A stretch of DNA of 64,000 nt, from assembly GCA_008632985.1 (NCBI GenBank), contig QPGO01000031.1, forward strand, positions 310,001 to 374,000. The letters are read 5' to 3'. Below the pieces are notes generated by a model, which saw nothing but the letters and a program-made list of their open reading frames with translations, was not told the DNA's origin and made no database searches. The DNA is from Psammoneis japonica (Eukaryota). The translations under genes and the position numbers were made by a program. Positions 25,648 through 37,174 of the stretch are shown here, in pieces (position 1 is the stretch's first letter; every line of letters begins with the position of its first letter).

Positions 25648-26366
25648 CTCACTGTCAAAAGAAAAGAGGTTTTTGAAATCAAACGCTCACTTGTGGCGTT
25701 CGACAAGTGGAGTCGTTTCGAATCATGTTGACATTCGAGTGGGAAGAAAGAACATTTCGACAAGTGGATTTTGTGTCTTGTCCTGTTCTGAAGGTTCTTA
25801 TCTTCACTGACCACAGGCCCATCCGGGGTCCGGGAACCGGTTCTGGGGGTGGTTCCGGCGCCGGCCTCCTACGGGCAGGAACCACTGAGGACTCCCCCCG
25901 GTTAGCGCGGTTAACCCGTGACGTCAGGGGGAAGCGCGCCCCCCAATCAGCGGTGGTCATTCCTGTTAACTGGTGTCGCGCGACCAGGCTCTCCGGAGCC
26001 TGGGGGTCAGGGCCTCGGTGAGCGCCGGTTGCCGCGTGCATCAGCACCAAAACCTGCGCAGGCCCTTTCTACTTAGGGGCAGGACATCATTCAATTACAG
26101 ACGATGAAAGAACATTTGTTGATGACTTTTCAGTCACGATCAAAAAATGTCCGACAGTTTCACGTGACCCCTGACACTTGAGTGATCCGATGACGCGACG
26201 TTAAATGTTGTGAGACAACAAAAGCAGCGGCTTGACCGGCTTTTAGCCTTTCTTCTGGCACATTTTTCACTGGGGGTCTACACGGGAGGATGGAAAAAAT
26301 TGAAAACAAAAAATGCAGGGGCTGTAGAGTTACAAAAACACAAAAAACACTCGACCTCCTTCAACC

Positions 26367-28478
26367 TCACACATCTTCCGATGGGAGAGGTTGGATGCGA
26401 TGCGATCTTTTCTTCGGTCCTTGGGAGCGGTCGACCTTGCGGCGCTTGGTGTCACTAGATTGAGCCTTGGAAGCATCACACAATTGTCTGAGTGACACAG
26501 CACCTCTCTCCTCGTCAATCAGCCTTGCAGATTCCTGGAGCACAGCGGCACGGTCTGAAAAACCACGCACTCGCTCAGACCATTTCAGAATCAAGCCACA
26601 CAGGCATGAACGACGACTGAGCTGCACAGTGACCCCACCCTGCCAATTCTTTTTGCTCACTCCTTTGTGCTGTTCCAACTGAAACTCCAGGTGCTCCTCC
26701 AACAATTTGGTCATTGTCTTTGGCATTTCTTTTGGAAAGCATGGTTGAGTGGCACCTGACGGCGGCGGAGGCAGATGCTGAACGATGCGCGAGCGAGTTG
26801 GATTCGAATCCAATGCGGTGCGTGTCTGAATCGCATTCCGACTGCTCACAGCCATTCTGATGCTCTGCATCTGCTCACGTTGCTGCTGTTGTTGCTGCTG
26901 GTTTTGCCTCAGAACAATGTCAGTGAAATTTTGAACTTCTGCTGACAGTCGATCCATTTTCCCAACCAGAACCTGTGTGTCGGTACGAACCGAGGAGAAA
27001 GCTGTCTGCGCAGCAATGTTCAGATTTTGAATCTCGTCTTCTTCTGCAGTGTCCATGTCAGCCAACTCTTGAAGCCTGTCCCTTGCCCACTCAATGCACC
27101 TGCCGCCAAAAACACGAACCAACAGACGGGACACTTCGTGCTGCGGATGCTCCGTGACCCAGTGGACACCGTCTTGGCACAGGACGCGAGCGAAAAAAGG
27201 TGAGGTCCCACATAAAAAGTTTGTGCCGCATGGCCACTTACGACCAACATTGTGTTGCTGTTTCCATGCAGGCAGTCTTGGCCACATCATCTCTGCCAAC
27301 TCAGTGTCAGCAACGTTTGGTTTTCCGGGAACTAGTTCGCCGAAGGATGTGTTGGTACGAGGGACGTAGTGAACCTTCTCCCCATGCAGCTTAGAGAACC
27401 CGGCGGCAATCAACTGCACTTGTGGAGGGATCTCAGGCAAGTGTGAGACGTCAAGTGAATCTTTTCCATGTTTCGTCTGCTGCTCAACATTTTGCTTGGT
27501 CGCCCTGCCCATGTTGCTAGAATCGATGCCGGCGGTGCGAAGGTGAGTGCACTTTGCCCACGACGTCTTTGTTGCCCTGTGCACCCGTTGGTGTGCCTTA
27601 CGGTGCGTGTCCAATGTTTTCCAACCCACCAGTTCATGCTTGTGCCAGTCCGGGAAACCGTCATGTTGATGCATGAAGTGGATTTCCGCATCGCTGTGAA
27701 ACCTGCAGGCGGCGACGGCGGCGTTCATGCCGGTTCCGCATCGCTTCCAGTCGCGGTGCCGCCACATGCCTGCAACTCTTTTTTTGTGGGAACCTCGTTT
27801 GCCTGTGAACCGTTGCTCAATCAGAGCTGTCATTGGACGTGCGACCGATTCGTTTGGGTTGCTGGGGCCGTGAGTTTCGTCACAGTGAACATCCGCACAG
27901 CGTGTGAGTCGGAGCTGATCGCCTCGCATCATGGTCTGGCTGCAGCTGGTCCATGACACTGCCAAGTTCTTCCAAGCAGCAGATTGAACAATGTGATTCA
28001 ATGTCTCATCCTCAGCAACACGAGACAGAGTGTCCGCAGGCAGCTTGTCATGAGCTGACACAAACGCAGTGAGCAAATTTTGGGTGCATCGCTCCTTGTG
28101 TGCCACCAGAGCGACGTCAACTGCCTCTGATCTCACAACGAATTTTGGATTGGGAGGTTTGTGCTCCTCCCAAGATGAGTGATGCTGCAGTGACCAAATG
28201 ACACGCTTGGCCGACTTCGGCGTGACGTCTTGTTTCGACACTGCCTCCAAGAAGTGCCGGTCGACCTGGTCTCGCGTCAAGTAAGGCGGCCCCGACAGAG
28301 CCGGCGATTCATCCACCCACCTTTTGCATGCATTCCACTCAGTGACATGAGTGCCATCCACCTTGGGTGGTGTGATGGTTTGGGCCAACAAGTCTCCCAT
28401 GGAGACCTGAGACGCCATCTTGGGTCTGTTCTGCTCATTATGATAGCCTCGAGGGATCGTCTTTTGGGGTGCACCCAC
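26367..28478 (-). CDS. Crypton/Ndc10-like protein, copy 2 (hypermutated)
   Basis: Near-identical 703-aa ORF; the differences are transitions at TA, CG, CA or TG sites. Confidence 0.7.
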   Translation of the reverse strand: MGAPQKTIPRGYHNEQNRPKMASQVSMGDLLAQTITPPKVDGTHVTEWNACKRWVDESPALSGPPYLTRDQVDRHFLEAVSKQDVTPKSAKRVIWSLQHHSSWEEHKPPNPKFVVRSEAVDVALVAHKERCTQNLLTAFVSAHDKLPADTLSRVAEDETLNHIVQSAAWKNLAVSWTSCSQTMMRGDQLRLTRCADVHCDETHGPSNPNESVARPMTALIEQRFTGKRGSHKKRVAGMWRHRDWKRCGTGMNAAVAACRFHSDAEIHFMHQHDGFPDWHKHELVGWKTLDTHRKAHQRVHRATKTSWAKCTHLRTAGIDSSNMGRATKQNVEQQTKHGKDSLDVSHLPEIPPQVQLIAAGFSKLHGEKVHYVPRTNTSFGELVPGKPNVADTELAEMMWPRLPAWKQQHNVGRKWPCGTNFLCGTSPFFARVLCQDGVHWVTEHPQHEVSRLLVRVFGGRCIEWARDRLQELADMDTAEEDEIQNLNIAAQTAFSSVRTDTQVLVGKMDRLSAEVQNFTDIVLRQNQQQQQQQREQMQSIRMAVSSRNAIQTRTALDSNPTRSRIVQHLPPPPSGATQPCFPKEMPKTMTKLLEEHLEFQLEQHKGVSKKNWQGGVTVQLSRRSCLCGLILKWSERVRGFSDRAAVLQESARLIDEERGAVSLRQLCDASKAQSSDTKRRKVDRSQGPKKRSHRIQPLPSEDV

Positions 28479-28819
28479 CTTGCTATCAAAAGAAAAGAGG
28501 TTTTTGAAATCAAACGCTCACTTGTGGCGTTCGACAAGTGGAGTCGTTTCGAATCATGTTGACATTCGAGTGGGAAGAAAGAACATTTCGACAAGTGGAT
28601 TTTATGTCTTGTCCTGTTCTGAAGGTTCTTATCTTCACTAACCACAGGCCTATCCGGGGTCCGGGAACCGGTTCCGGGGGTGGTTCCGGCGCCGGCCTCC
28701 TACGGGCAGGAACCACTGAGGACTCCCCCCGGTTAGCGCGGTTAACCCGTGACGTCAGGGGGAAGCGCGCCCCCCAATCAGCGGTGGTTATTCCTGTTAA
28801 CCGGTGTCGCGCGACCTGA

Positions 28820-29668
28820 GGCTCGGTCTACAGGCGGTGAACCGCGCCGGATCGGATCGCCGGATCGGATCGCGTCAGAATTCCGTTAGTCGACAGGTGG
28901 AACCGGATCGGATCGCGGATCGGATTCGACATTTTGATGAGTCGCAAAACGACGTAAGTTTCAAGATTCCAAATTCTCAAGAACAACAAAGCACTGAAAT
29001 AGCGAACAACAGAGAGAGTGTGGCCATGATGCTTCACATCTTGTCATAACGAGACAATATGACGACAGAACTATGCTGTTATTACTGCTTTACATACTTA
29101 CTTGACCGCATCATTGAGCATCATTGTCACTCAGTGTTTGCAGCACGCTGAGGAAGAAAAAGCTATCACTTTTGCAATTCAGAAACTGACGCTATGTTTT
29201 CGTATTGAAATTTCGAATTACATAATAAATACTTGTTATTTTGCTTATTTAATGTTTCTCCAACAAATCTTTACGGCATTATCGGTTTGACAAGCTATTC
29301 TATTGCCATACGACCTTTTTCATCTCCATTTCAAGCATGGGAAGAGTAAGGCTGTAATGCTAAGGAAGTTCTGTGCCCTTATGGCTGAATGTTATGCCGC
29401 CCTGTATCATAATCGTGTGATGTTGCGCCATTGTCGTGATGACGGCACGGAATCTTCCAAATTCGATCCGACATCCGATCCGGATTTTCGGATCGGACGG
29501 TCTTCGGAGCAAAATATTTTACTCCGAAGACCGTCCGATCCGAGATGGCGGATCAGTCCCACGAAGGCCACGGATCGACTTTTTGACTCGATGGACTAAT
29601 ATTTTAATGGGTTATGAAGGAGTCGATCCGGCGATCCGATCCGGCTCGGTTCACCTGTAGACCGAGCC
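28820..29668. mobile_element. Non-autonomous PIF/Harbinger-type MITE
   Basis: ~45-bp TIRs GGCTCGGTCTACAGG...CCTGTAGACCGAGCC, a 3-bp TSD TGA (28817-19 and 29669-71), many subterminal CGGATC/GATCCG motifs and an AT-rich non-coding core. Confidence 0.85.
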
Positions 29669-29792
29669 TGAGATCCCCAGATCGCACGTCGGCGGGCGGC
29701 AAGATCCGGCAGATCGATCGCATCCAAAAATAGACTGCAGTCACACAAAGAGGAAGCCAACAAAGCTGGAGGCAAGAAAAAAAAACACAAAC

Positions 29793-30356
29793 ATGGTTGA
29801 GGAGATTCAGCGGATGCAAGAATACAAGGGAACGTCCTTTCCGAATCCGATCGTTCCTTTGTCAGGATTGGTCGCAGCTCTGACTGTCCCGTGCGGAGTG
29901 TGCCGTGCATTGCCCGAGACGCAGGATCTGGGCGGTGCCGAATCTCTTTTGGAAGTCTTGAAAAGTTTTCTTTGTCTGAGTGCGCTTTTTCTGCTCGAGT
30001 TTGGCCTGGGAGCAGCAGCTCGATCAAAGTCACCCAAGGCGAGCTTTTCTCCGGCTGCTGCAACGGCTTCGAGCACCGCACCTTTTGGTGTTGTTCAATG
30101 CAACCGCATCCATCAGAACCACATTGAAAGTGTATGTATTTACGTACCTGCGGCTCTCTCGGCCACTGCCTTTGGGGGAGACTGTAGAATAATTGTGGCG
30201 ACGACAATTTCGTGGACACTTTTTCGACTTTGTTACCGCGTTGGGTATTGCTCTGCCAATCCATTCTGGAGAATTTTTGGCACGACAGCTTCGGTAATTC
30301 AAACATTTATTTGCTGGACTATTGTTGGTCTCGGCTTTCTCGCCTCTTCTAAGTAG
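29793..30356 (+). CDS. MAPEG-family membrane protein
   Basis: 187 aa with hydrophobic helices, NRIHQNHIE and FRLCYRVGY, matching the MAPEG RxxxNxxE and RxxY patterns. Confidence 0.7.
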   Translation: MVEEIQRMQEYKGTSFPNPIVPLSGLVAALTVPCGVCRALPETQDLGGAESLLEVLKSFLCLSALFLLEFGLGAAARSKSPKASFSPAAATASSTAPFGVVQCNRIHQNHIESVCIYVPAALSATAFGGDCRIIVATTISWTLFRLCYRVGYCSANPFWRIFGTTASVIQTFICWTIVGLGFLASSK

Positions 30357-31064
30357 AGATCTTAACCGCAATCCCTGATCGGATATTCTATGATACTGTA
30401 AAGTTTGTATTGCGCAACAATGGGCGCCGAAAGTAGTGATTGCCTTTTGAAGCGCTCAACCATCGAGGTGACATTTCCCTGCTGAAGCAACAGGTATATC
30501 AACATCGAGTCAACTTGACCAAACTAGGACCAACGATTTGCACTCACAACTTGGGTGGTGAGCTATGTGGCTAAACAGCATCCGGTTGTTGCAATGTTCT
30601 CGGATCAATTGCTCGTTGGTTGAACCAAGGTCTTGCAAGAGTTGCAAATCCAAGCTACGATGCCGTTCTAGAAACTCTTGCATGACGAATAGCGACATCC
30701 AATCGCTCGTTCAGGAACGCTGTAGGTCGATGGTGACTCCGATTCAACGTTCAGTGATGGTAGCGACTTTGATGCACCACTTTTCACACTTCTTGCGGTC
30801 TAGCTTTTTTGATTGCATAGGGCGGCCTTCTTTCTTCTTCAAAAAACTTTCATCGCCTTTGCTATGCGGTCTCTTTCAAGCGTGTCAGACATCTTTGAGA
30901 TTCGCCTTTGTCTCGGACCTCATTCATCATACCGGTACCGCTGCTTCGTTTCGAAGGCATCCCATACCGAGTCCCGATTTACTTGGCTTTGAGGGTTGAG
31001 AGTACACAACATATTACGAATATATCAATCATCGTCACTATACAGAGATCCAACAATATCTTCT

Positions 31065-32050
31065 CTACCATGACACACTGTTTCTCGCTCTCAAAGTAGT
31101 AGCAAATTCATCCACAACTCTCAGAAGATCGGGCGGAAGGAACTTCCTCACCCTTGCCGCCAATTCATCCTCCATTGGAGCGTAATAGGCCTCTGCAATA
31201 CTCCCTGCAATGCAGGCCTGCGTGTCAGAATCACCACCCAGACTTACGGCCAGCCGGACAGCCTCCTCTACAGAAGAACTCTCCAGAAAGCAAAGAATCG
31301 ATTCCGGCACTGAACCTTGACACGAAACGTCAAAGGTGTACCCTGGCCTAATGTCGTCCACGGTACGTGATGATAGGTCGTAATCAAACTTGTCTTCAAT
31401 CTCGTTTCGAATGGAAGCCTTACTAGCGCCGGTCCTTGCCAAGTATACCGCCAGAGCTGTGGCCTGAGCCCCCTTGATCCCCTCTGGATGATTGTGAGTG
31501 CATTCCGCGCTCATTCGTGCATGCTGCAAAACTGTTTCCTTTGAATCAAACGCCCATCCGATTGGACTAGGCAGTCAAATTTATCAATTGACAACAGTTG
31601 ATGAGGATTGACTAGGGCTGGCTCTTACTATATCAACATCACATGGCATACATACCTGACCCTCATGGCCGAACCGTTCCCCCAAGAATTGTAAGGCCCG
31701 GCTGCTTTATCGTGAGAGAACCAATTGATAAACGAAGCACCGTATCCTGCATTAGGGTATCTTCGACCATAGATCCGATAAGCTGATGAGTAATCAATAT
31801 TGCCCTTTGAGGGGTTGAGAATCGCAGCCATTGTTGCGACCGTCAAAACTGAATCGTCCGTAAAGTGACACCGGGAGTCGAGTAAAGGCTGAAAAGTTGA
31901 CGATTTGGTGGGCGAAACTTCGTAAAAGGAACCAATAACGTCGCCCGCGATTGCCCCAAGGATTGCTTTGGGCACGTCTGACGTACCGCTGCTGCTCTGT
32001 TGTTGAGGGGATGCCATGGAGAGAAGGATGCTGCGGCCTAGAAATCTCAT
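31065..32050 (-). CDS. ADP-ribosylglycohydrolase (DraG/ARH family); intron ~31568-31655
   Basis: Motifs GAIAGDVIGS, FTDDS, GNGSAMR|VSPIG, THNHPEG and GGDSDT. Confidence 0.92.
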
Positions 32051-33086
32051 GCGCGATCGTGACTGAGTTTTATGCCTTCTTCGACGGCAAGAATTCGAAC
32101 AAAACCACCAGATGAGCTTCGCTGTAGCTCTAGAGTAGAGAGGGCCCTACGGAACGTGGCATGTTGTTATGGCAGGAACTGTGATTGCCAATCCAGACGT
32201 GATACCGTGTATAATAGTCTATTCTACAATATTCTATTGAAAATTGGGGGCGGGTCCGCGTCTGGACAGCTGACAGCTGACAGCTGAAGCTGCTGTTCGA
32301 ACAATCTTCAATCTTGTCTTGCGCGGGGCTTCCGTCGTCCCAGCTTCGTGATGCCACGTGTAAAAATTAACCCCCCATTTTTAACCAAATGCCCCCACCT
32401 CGATCGACTGACAGCAACCAGACGCGACGTTCAGCACAGTTTGGGGGGCCTGGAGGGCCAGAAAGGGGGTGAACGTCAGTTGCCAACCAATCACTGAATG
32501 TTGACCGTGTAATACATAAAGGTGCTCCACAAAAAGTCGTTAGTTCTGTTTTGAAGTGCCAGATGCCATGAACAAGTTACATTCTCGCAAGACATCCGTT
32601 TAAAGAGTATGAGACCGACAATGCTCACATCTTGTGTGTTTTGTGGCTCTACTCTATGTAGAGCTGGGAGGAGTCTCTACTCTAGCTACTAGCTACCGGT
32701 AGAGCTAGAGCCAGCGTGCGGCCGGTTTGCGGCGCAAGTTGTCATAAAATCAGTGGAAATTCGCAAAAAGATAAAAAGCTTCGAAAAGGACCAAAATCGA
32801 ATGAAATTGCATCGGGATGTTTCATCGCCTCCCTGCTTTGAGGGACCAGGTCGAGGGCCGACTTCTTTCAAACACAACATGCTACTGTAAATCAATCGTG
32901 TAGTCCTACCTAGTACAGTCGAGATACTCTACTACTAGACGTTAGCTAGACCGACCGAGATCACAGTGTATTTCGAAACAAAATTCTAAGCATTTTTAAC
33001 TCAGCTCTGTACAATAATCTGTATTTGAAACACAAGACAGCGCATAGCAAAACCACAGCTACCTACAGGAAAGAATACAAAAGATC

Positions 33087-34007
33087 TCATAGAGATATTT
33101 CAATCTCGGTTGAATTGGCTTCGCTGTCTCTTGGCGACCCAAAGAAACCAGCTACCCAACTTGGGGACTCCCGACGATCACTCGTTTGGTGCGCGGTTTG
33201 CAATGGCGGTTTGGGAGGTAACAATTCATATTCAGTTACTGGATCCCAGTTCTTGCTGGATGCAAAAGGTGGTTTCTTCTTTCGAAAGTAAAGCTTTGGA
33301 CGTTGGCACTTTGGTCCGCAATTTTTCGTGGATTGCTCTCCGCAGTATTCGCACACCACTGGAACCGTATACATGCCCAGAGGAACAGTAGTGCGGGCCG
33401 TCGCATTGCCTTCTTCGCGCGAGTGATGAGCCACATTATTCAGAAACGGAAAGAACTCGAGCGGCTGGCGGCAATGCTGTACGCGTAATGAGCATTTTGG
33501 AGCCACACGGTGAGTACAGAAACTGAGCATACAGTATGAACTGACTAAGAAATTCAAACGTACCGTGATAACGTCTAATTGGTGTTCAATGGTTTGTTGA
33601 CAGCCCGACATTGGACTACACACATCGTCTGCAGCACTCGCGGCTACAGCAGCCTTGCTCTTTCTTAAAAAGCGATCAGACGCCGTGCTACTTGCGTGGG
33701 AATCTGTTCGATCAATCTTGGGAGGGGCAGACTGAGTTTTGGAAGCACACGGTGAGTCCACTGCTGTGTCGAATAACCTTTCCATGGCGGACACTTGCAT
33801 TTCTCCCATTTCACGGATATATAAACTCAAAGGAGATTCACCCATGCTTGCTTGTTGCTTTCCCTCTTTTGTCGTAATGTCGTCCTTGCTGGTGTTTTGC
33901 TGATGCTGTGAAGACATGCGTCTGCTGCCTGTGGTGGAATTGTCCTCACGCGATTCTTCTTGTGCTTTCAACGGCTTCAATCCGTCTACGCTTGTCGGGT
34001 CTGTCAT
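33087..34007 (-). CDS. Hypothetical protein with a small Cys cluster (CEYC...C...C); probable internal intron ~33489-33563
   Basis: 306-aa ORF. The middle part reads like an in-frame intron (gtacgt...cgtacag). Confidence 0.55.
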   Translation of the reverse strand: MTDPTSVDGLKPLKAQEESREDNSTTGSRRMSSQHQQNTSKDDITTKEGKQQASMGESPLSLYIREMGEMQVSAMERLFDTAVDSPCASKTQSAPPKIDRTDSHASSTASDRFLRKSKAAVAASAADDVCSPMSGCQQTIEHQLDVITVRLNFLVSSYCMLSFCTHRVAPKCSLRVQHCRQPLEFFPFLNNVAHHSREEGNATARTTVPLGMYTVPVVCEYCGEQSTKNCGPKCQRPKLYFRKKKPPFASSKNWDPVTEYELLPPKPPLQTAHQTSDRRESPSWVAGFFGSPRDSEANSTEIEISL

Positions 34008-34886
34008 TTTTGATCAAGTTTATTCCAGGTTTAGCGGCGAATATATTTCGTCTCTTCGGCGTTCACAAAAACAAAAAACAGTGCAGGTTTTTCAAGCTTT
34101 CTCCCTCTTTGATCAGCTCTATGACCTAATAAACGTCCGACCCGGCAAGAACACTGATTAAGGAACAGATAACACACTGAAACCTACAAAAAGGCAAGTG
34201 TTAACGACGATGAACGAAGGATCGTTCACCATTGTGGAGTGCGCCGCAGCCGCCGTGTGTCGCTCCGTCGCGCGTGTACGGCGCGCGCGGGCGTATCGCA
34301 CGCAATCCTGTCCGTGCTTCGTACAGTCTGCTCGCTCTAACATACTTTTTAGCATACGGTATACCCTCTCTATAACGTATACTAAAAATCCGGCCTGACC
34401 CCTCGGACGAAGGTCAGACTTCCCTGTTAACAGACAGACCGACAGACCATTTCGCGAATCCGTGATACGACTAGTTTGAGGCGATGAAACCATTAAGACT
34501 ACACTTACAACAACTGTAAACACCCTTGTTGACCATTATTTAACGCGAGCAGACTGTACTGTACCGGAACAAACCGCGACCGCGATCCGCGATTCTTTCA
34601 TTCGTGCTTTGTGTCGTCGAGGTCAGAACAAGAATCCATCCTCGTGAAGGTCAAAAACAAACACTGACGACTGAAGACTCACAACAAAGCTCTTATTTTG
34701 ATACCATTATCCACCGTTCTACTTTTGGCGTGTCGTTTCATCAGGTTCGTATCACACATGCTCCTGTCTTTAAAGGAGTCACCATCACACTTTGCCGCAG
34801 ATCACGAAGTGACATCTTGGTGACAAGCCACGACGCTAACACGTCTGAGAAACCTGCTTCTCTCTACCTTAGGTATTGCAAACAAA

Positions 34887-37174
34887 ATGTCATCGAAACG
34901 CAACGCAAAGAACTCACCAGCTTCGATTGACATCCCGTGCAGTTCAAAAGTTCCGATTTCCATCAATGGGCGAAGCCTGACTCTCACCTGTCCTCATGGG
35001 GCTCGTATTGAAGTTGTAGCTCGCTTGGTCGGTGAGGAGGACGCCTTGTTGACTGCGGAATTCTCCTGTATCGATGACCCTTATGAGCTCCGTATCGTTC
35101 GCGATGCCGAGTCCGCCAACTCGACGCCAACACAGCGTTCGAGTTATGAAGTGCCAAACACCGGCTACAAGCCACAACGACGACTGAAAACGCGCATGCA
35201 GGACGGAGCGGGCATTCCCTCCGCTCAAGCCATTCCGCCAAGAACAAACACCGAGCATTCAAGAAACAGCGGCAATGACTCTCCTCTTGACGCTGTTCTC
35301 GTCCATGATCCTGATTCTGCTGATTCATTGGCGTCTGATCAAGCCATCGCCCCTGTTCCAGCCATTCCGCCACTAGTTCCCACCGTACATGCTGGAGAAA
35401 ATGACATTGCGACTCTTCCTGAAGCCGTTCCAGTAAGCGATGCTTGTGAATTGGATTCATTGGCGTCTGATACAACAAGTGAGAGGACAGTGGACTGGGA
35501 ATCTACTTCATACGAATCAAGCCTTGCACTCTCATCTTGTATGGACTCGAGGATCACCTATGGTCAGCACGGATGGGTACGCGTGCTTCGTGATGATAAC
35601 AGATTCCACTGGGAGGTCAATAACCCTCCCGAGAGGTTCGATATTTCCTCGGCCTTTGTGCGCAATCTCGAATTCAAGCCAGGCGACGATCCGAGAATCC
35701 GGGCAGGAATTATCAGCCTTGTACCTGCCAGCGAAGGAGCTGTGGACACCAAGATAAAGAATGTTGAAGGCCGTGACTTGGTATCATACTCTGACATTGT
35801 CCGAGCACAAATCAAAACCTTTGAAGAAAAGGCCCAGTGGTTCCAGGATACTTGCGCTCAGCTTTGTGTCGAGTGGAACGAAGGTCACGTGCGTATGAAC
35901 ATCCGTCGTGCATTCTTGTTGGGAGATTCCGTCGATGCCGTCATGAGTCTGAGTCGCAAGGATTTGCGCAAGTTGTGGAGATTTGAGTTTATTGGTGAGA
36001 TGGGTATTGATGCTGGTGGACTAGCCAGAGAATGGTTTCAGCTCGTTACAGAAGAAATCTTTGATCCTGACATGGGTCTTTGGCAATCCAGTGCGGTCAA
36101 CCAAATGTCCATGCAAGTCAATCCTGCTTCAGGTGAGTTCAGAAAGAAAATATCGTTTAGCTAGCTACTTCTGTCTTCTCTACACTCTAATGTACCTGTT
36201 TATTCTGCTTTTTTCCACAGAATTTTGTTGCGAGGACCACTTGGTGTACTATCGCTTCTTGGGTCGCGTTATGGGAAAGGCCCTCTTTGATCGCCAGTTG
36301 TGTTCGGGTCACATGGTGCAGTACATTTACAAGCACATGCTCGGCTGGCCCGTGACATTCGAAGATCTGAAAAGCGTGGACGAGGGATGTTACAACGAAC
36401 TTAAGCAGCTCCGAGATATGGAGGCAGCTGGTGAAGACTTGTCCATGATGTGTCTGGACTTTACGATCACAACCGAAGTTTTGGGAAAGAAGAAGGAGAT
36501 TGAGCTTATTCCTGGAGGAGCCGATGTTGCATTGGACAACGACAACTTTCCCGAGTACCTCGAGGCTTACCTTAAATACAAGTTGCTCAATGCTGTCAAA
36601 CCCCAGATCACTGAGTTGCTCTTGGGGTTCTTCGATGTCATTCCAGAGCCTCTTCTAACCATTTTCGACTTTGAGGAATTACAGTTGCTCATGTGCGGGC
36701 AACCCGAAATCGATATGGATGATTGGAAGACCCACACGGAGTACTCCGGCGAATACGATGGAGATCCAGACCATCCTGCCTGCCATTGGTTCTGGGAAGT
36801 TGTTACGGACTTTGATCACGAAATGAAGGCCCGTCTCCTTCAGTTTGTCACGGGAACTTCGGGTGTGCCGTCGCGAGGCTTTGGTGTGTTGCAGGGAAAC
36901 GACGGAAATATTCGAAAATTCACAGTGCACGGCGTTCCAGTTGGCGTCTGCCTTTACCCTCGCGCACAGTAAGTACTGTAGAGGAAATGGGGAGAGATTT
37001 CGTTCTCATGTTGATGCGACCTCTCGCCTAACTTTCACGCTTGATCTTTTGTTACGTCGTAGCACCTGCTTCAATCGGATTGATCTTCCAATGTATGAAT
37101 CTAAGGAGGAGCTGGAGAAGAAGTTGAGGCTTGCTGTTACGATGGCTTCGAAAGGCTTCGACATTGAGTACTAG
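34887..37174 (+). CDS. HECT-domain E3 ubiquitin ligase (NEDD4-like HECT), intact; introns 36133-36220 and 36969-37062
   Basis: DAGGLAREWF, YRFLGRVMGKALFD and LLQFVTGTS, plus the spliced catalytic PRAHTCFNRIDLP. Confidence 0.93.

Larger units (their letters stand above)
23151..28812 (-). mobile_element. Head-to-tail dimer (2 x 2831 bp) of a Crypton-like tyrosine-recombinase DNA transposon
   Basis: Constant 2831-bp offset between copies, with junctions gatcagg (23151), gaccagg (25982) and gacc (28813). No TIR or LTR. Each unit carries one 703-aa ORF. Confidence 0.78.

Noticed and set aside
23536..28478. Alternative genetic code, or RNA-level editing during retrotransposition
   Set aside because: Neighbouring genes use Tyr normally. 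Changes occur on both strands, differ between tandem copies, and affect a DNA transposon and intron-containing gene copies.
28840..29650. CGGATC repeats as a CRISPR array or iterons
   Set aside because: They are irregular 5-6 bp motifs inside TIRs with no repeat-spacer periodicity, and the context is eukaryotic.
30490..31000. Possible small gene between MAPEG and ADP-ribosylglycohydrolase
   Set aside because: No recognisable motif, and the minus-strand frames are broken by stops.
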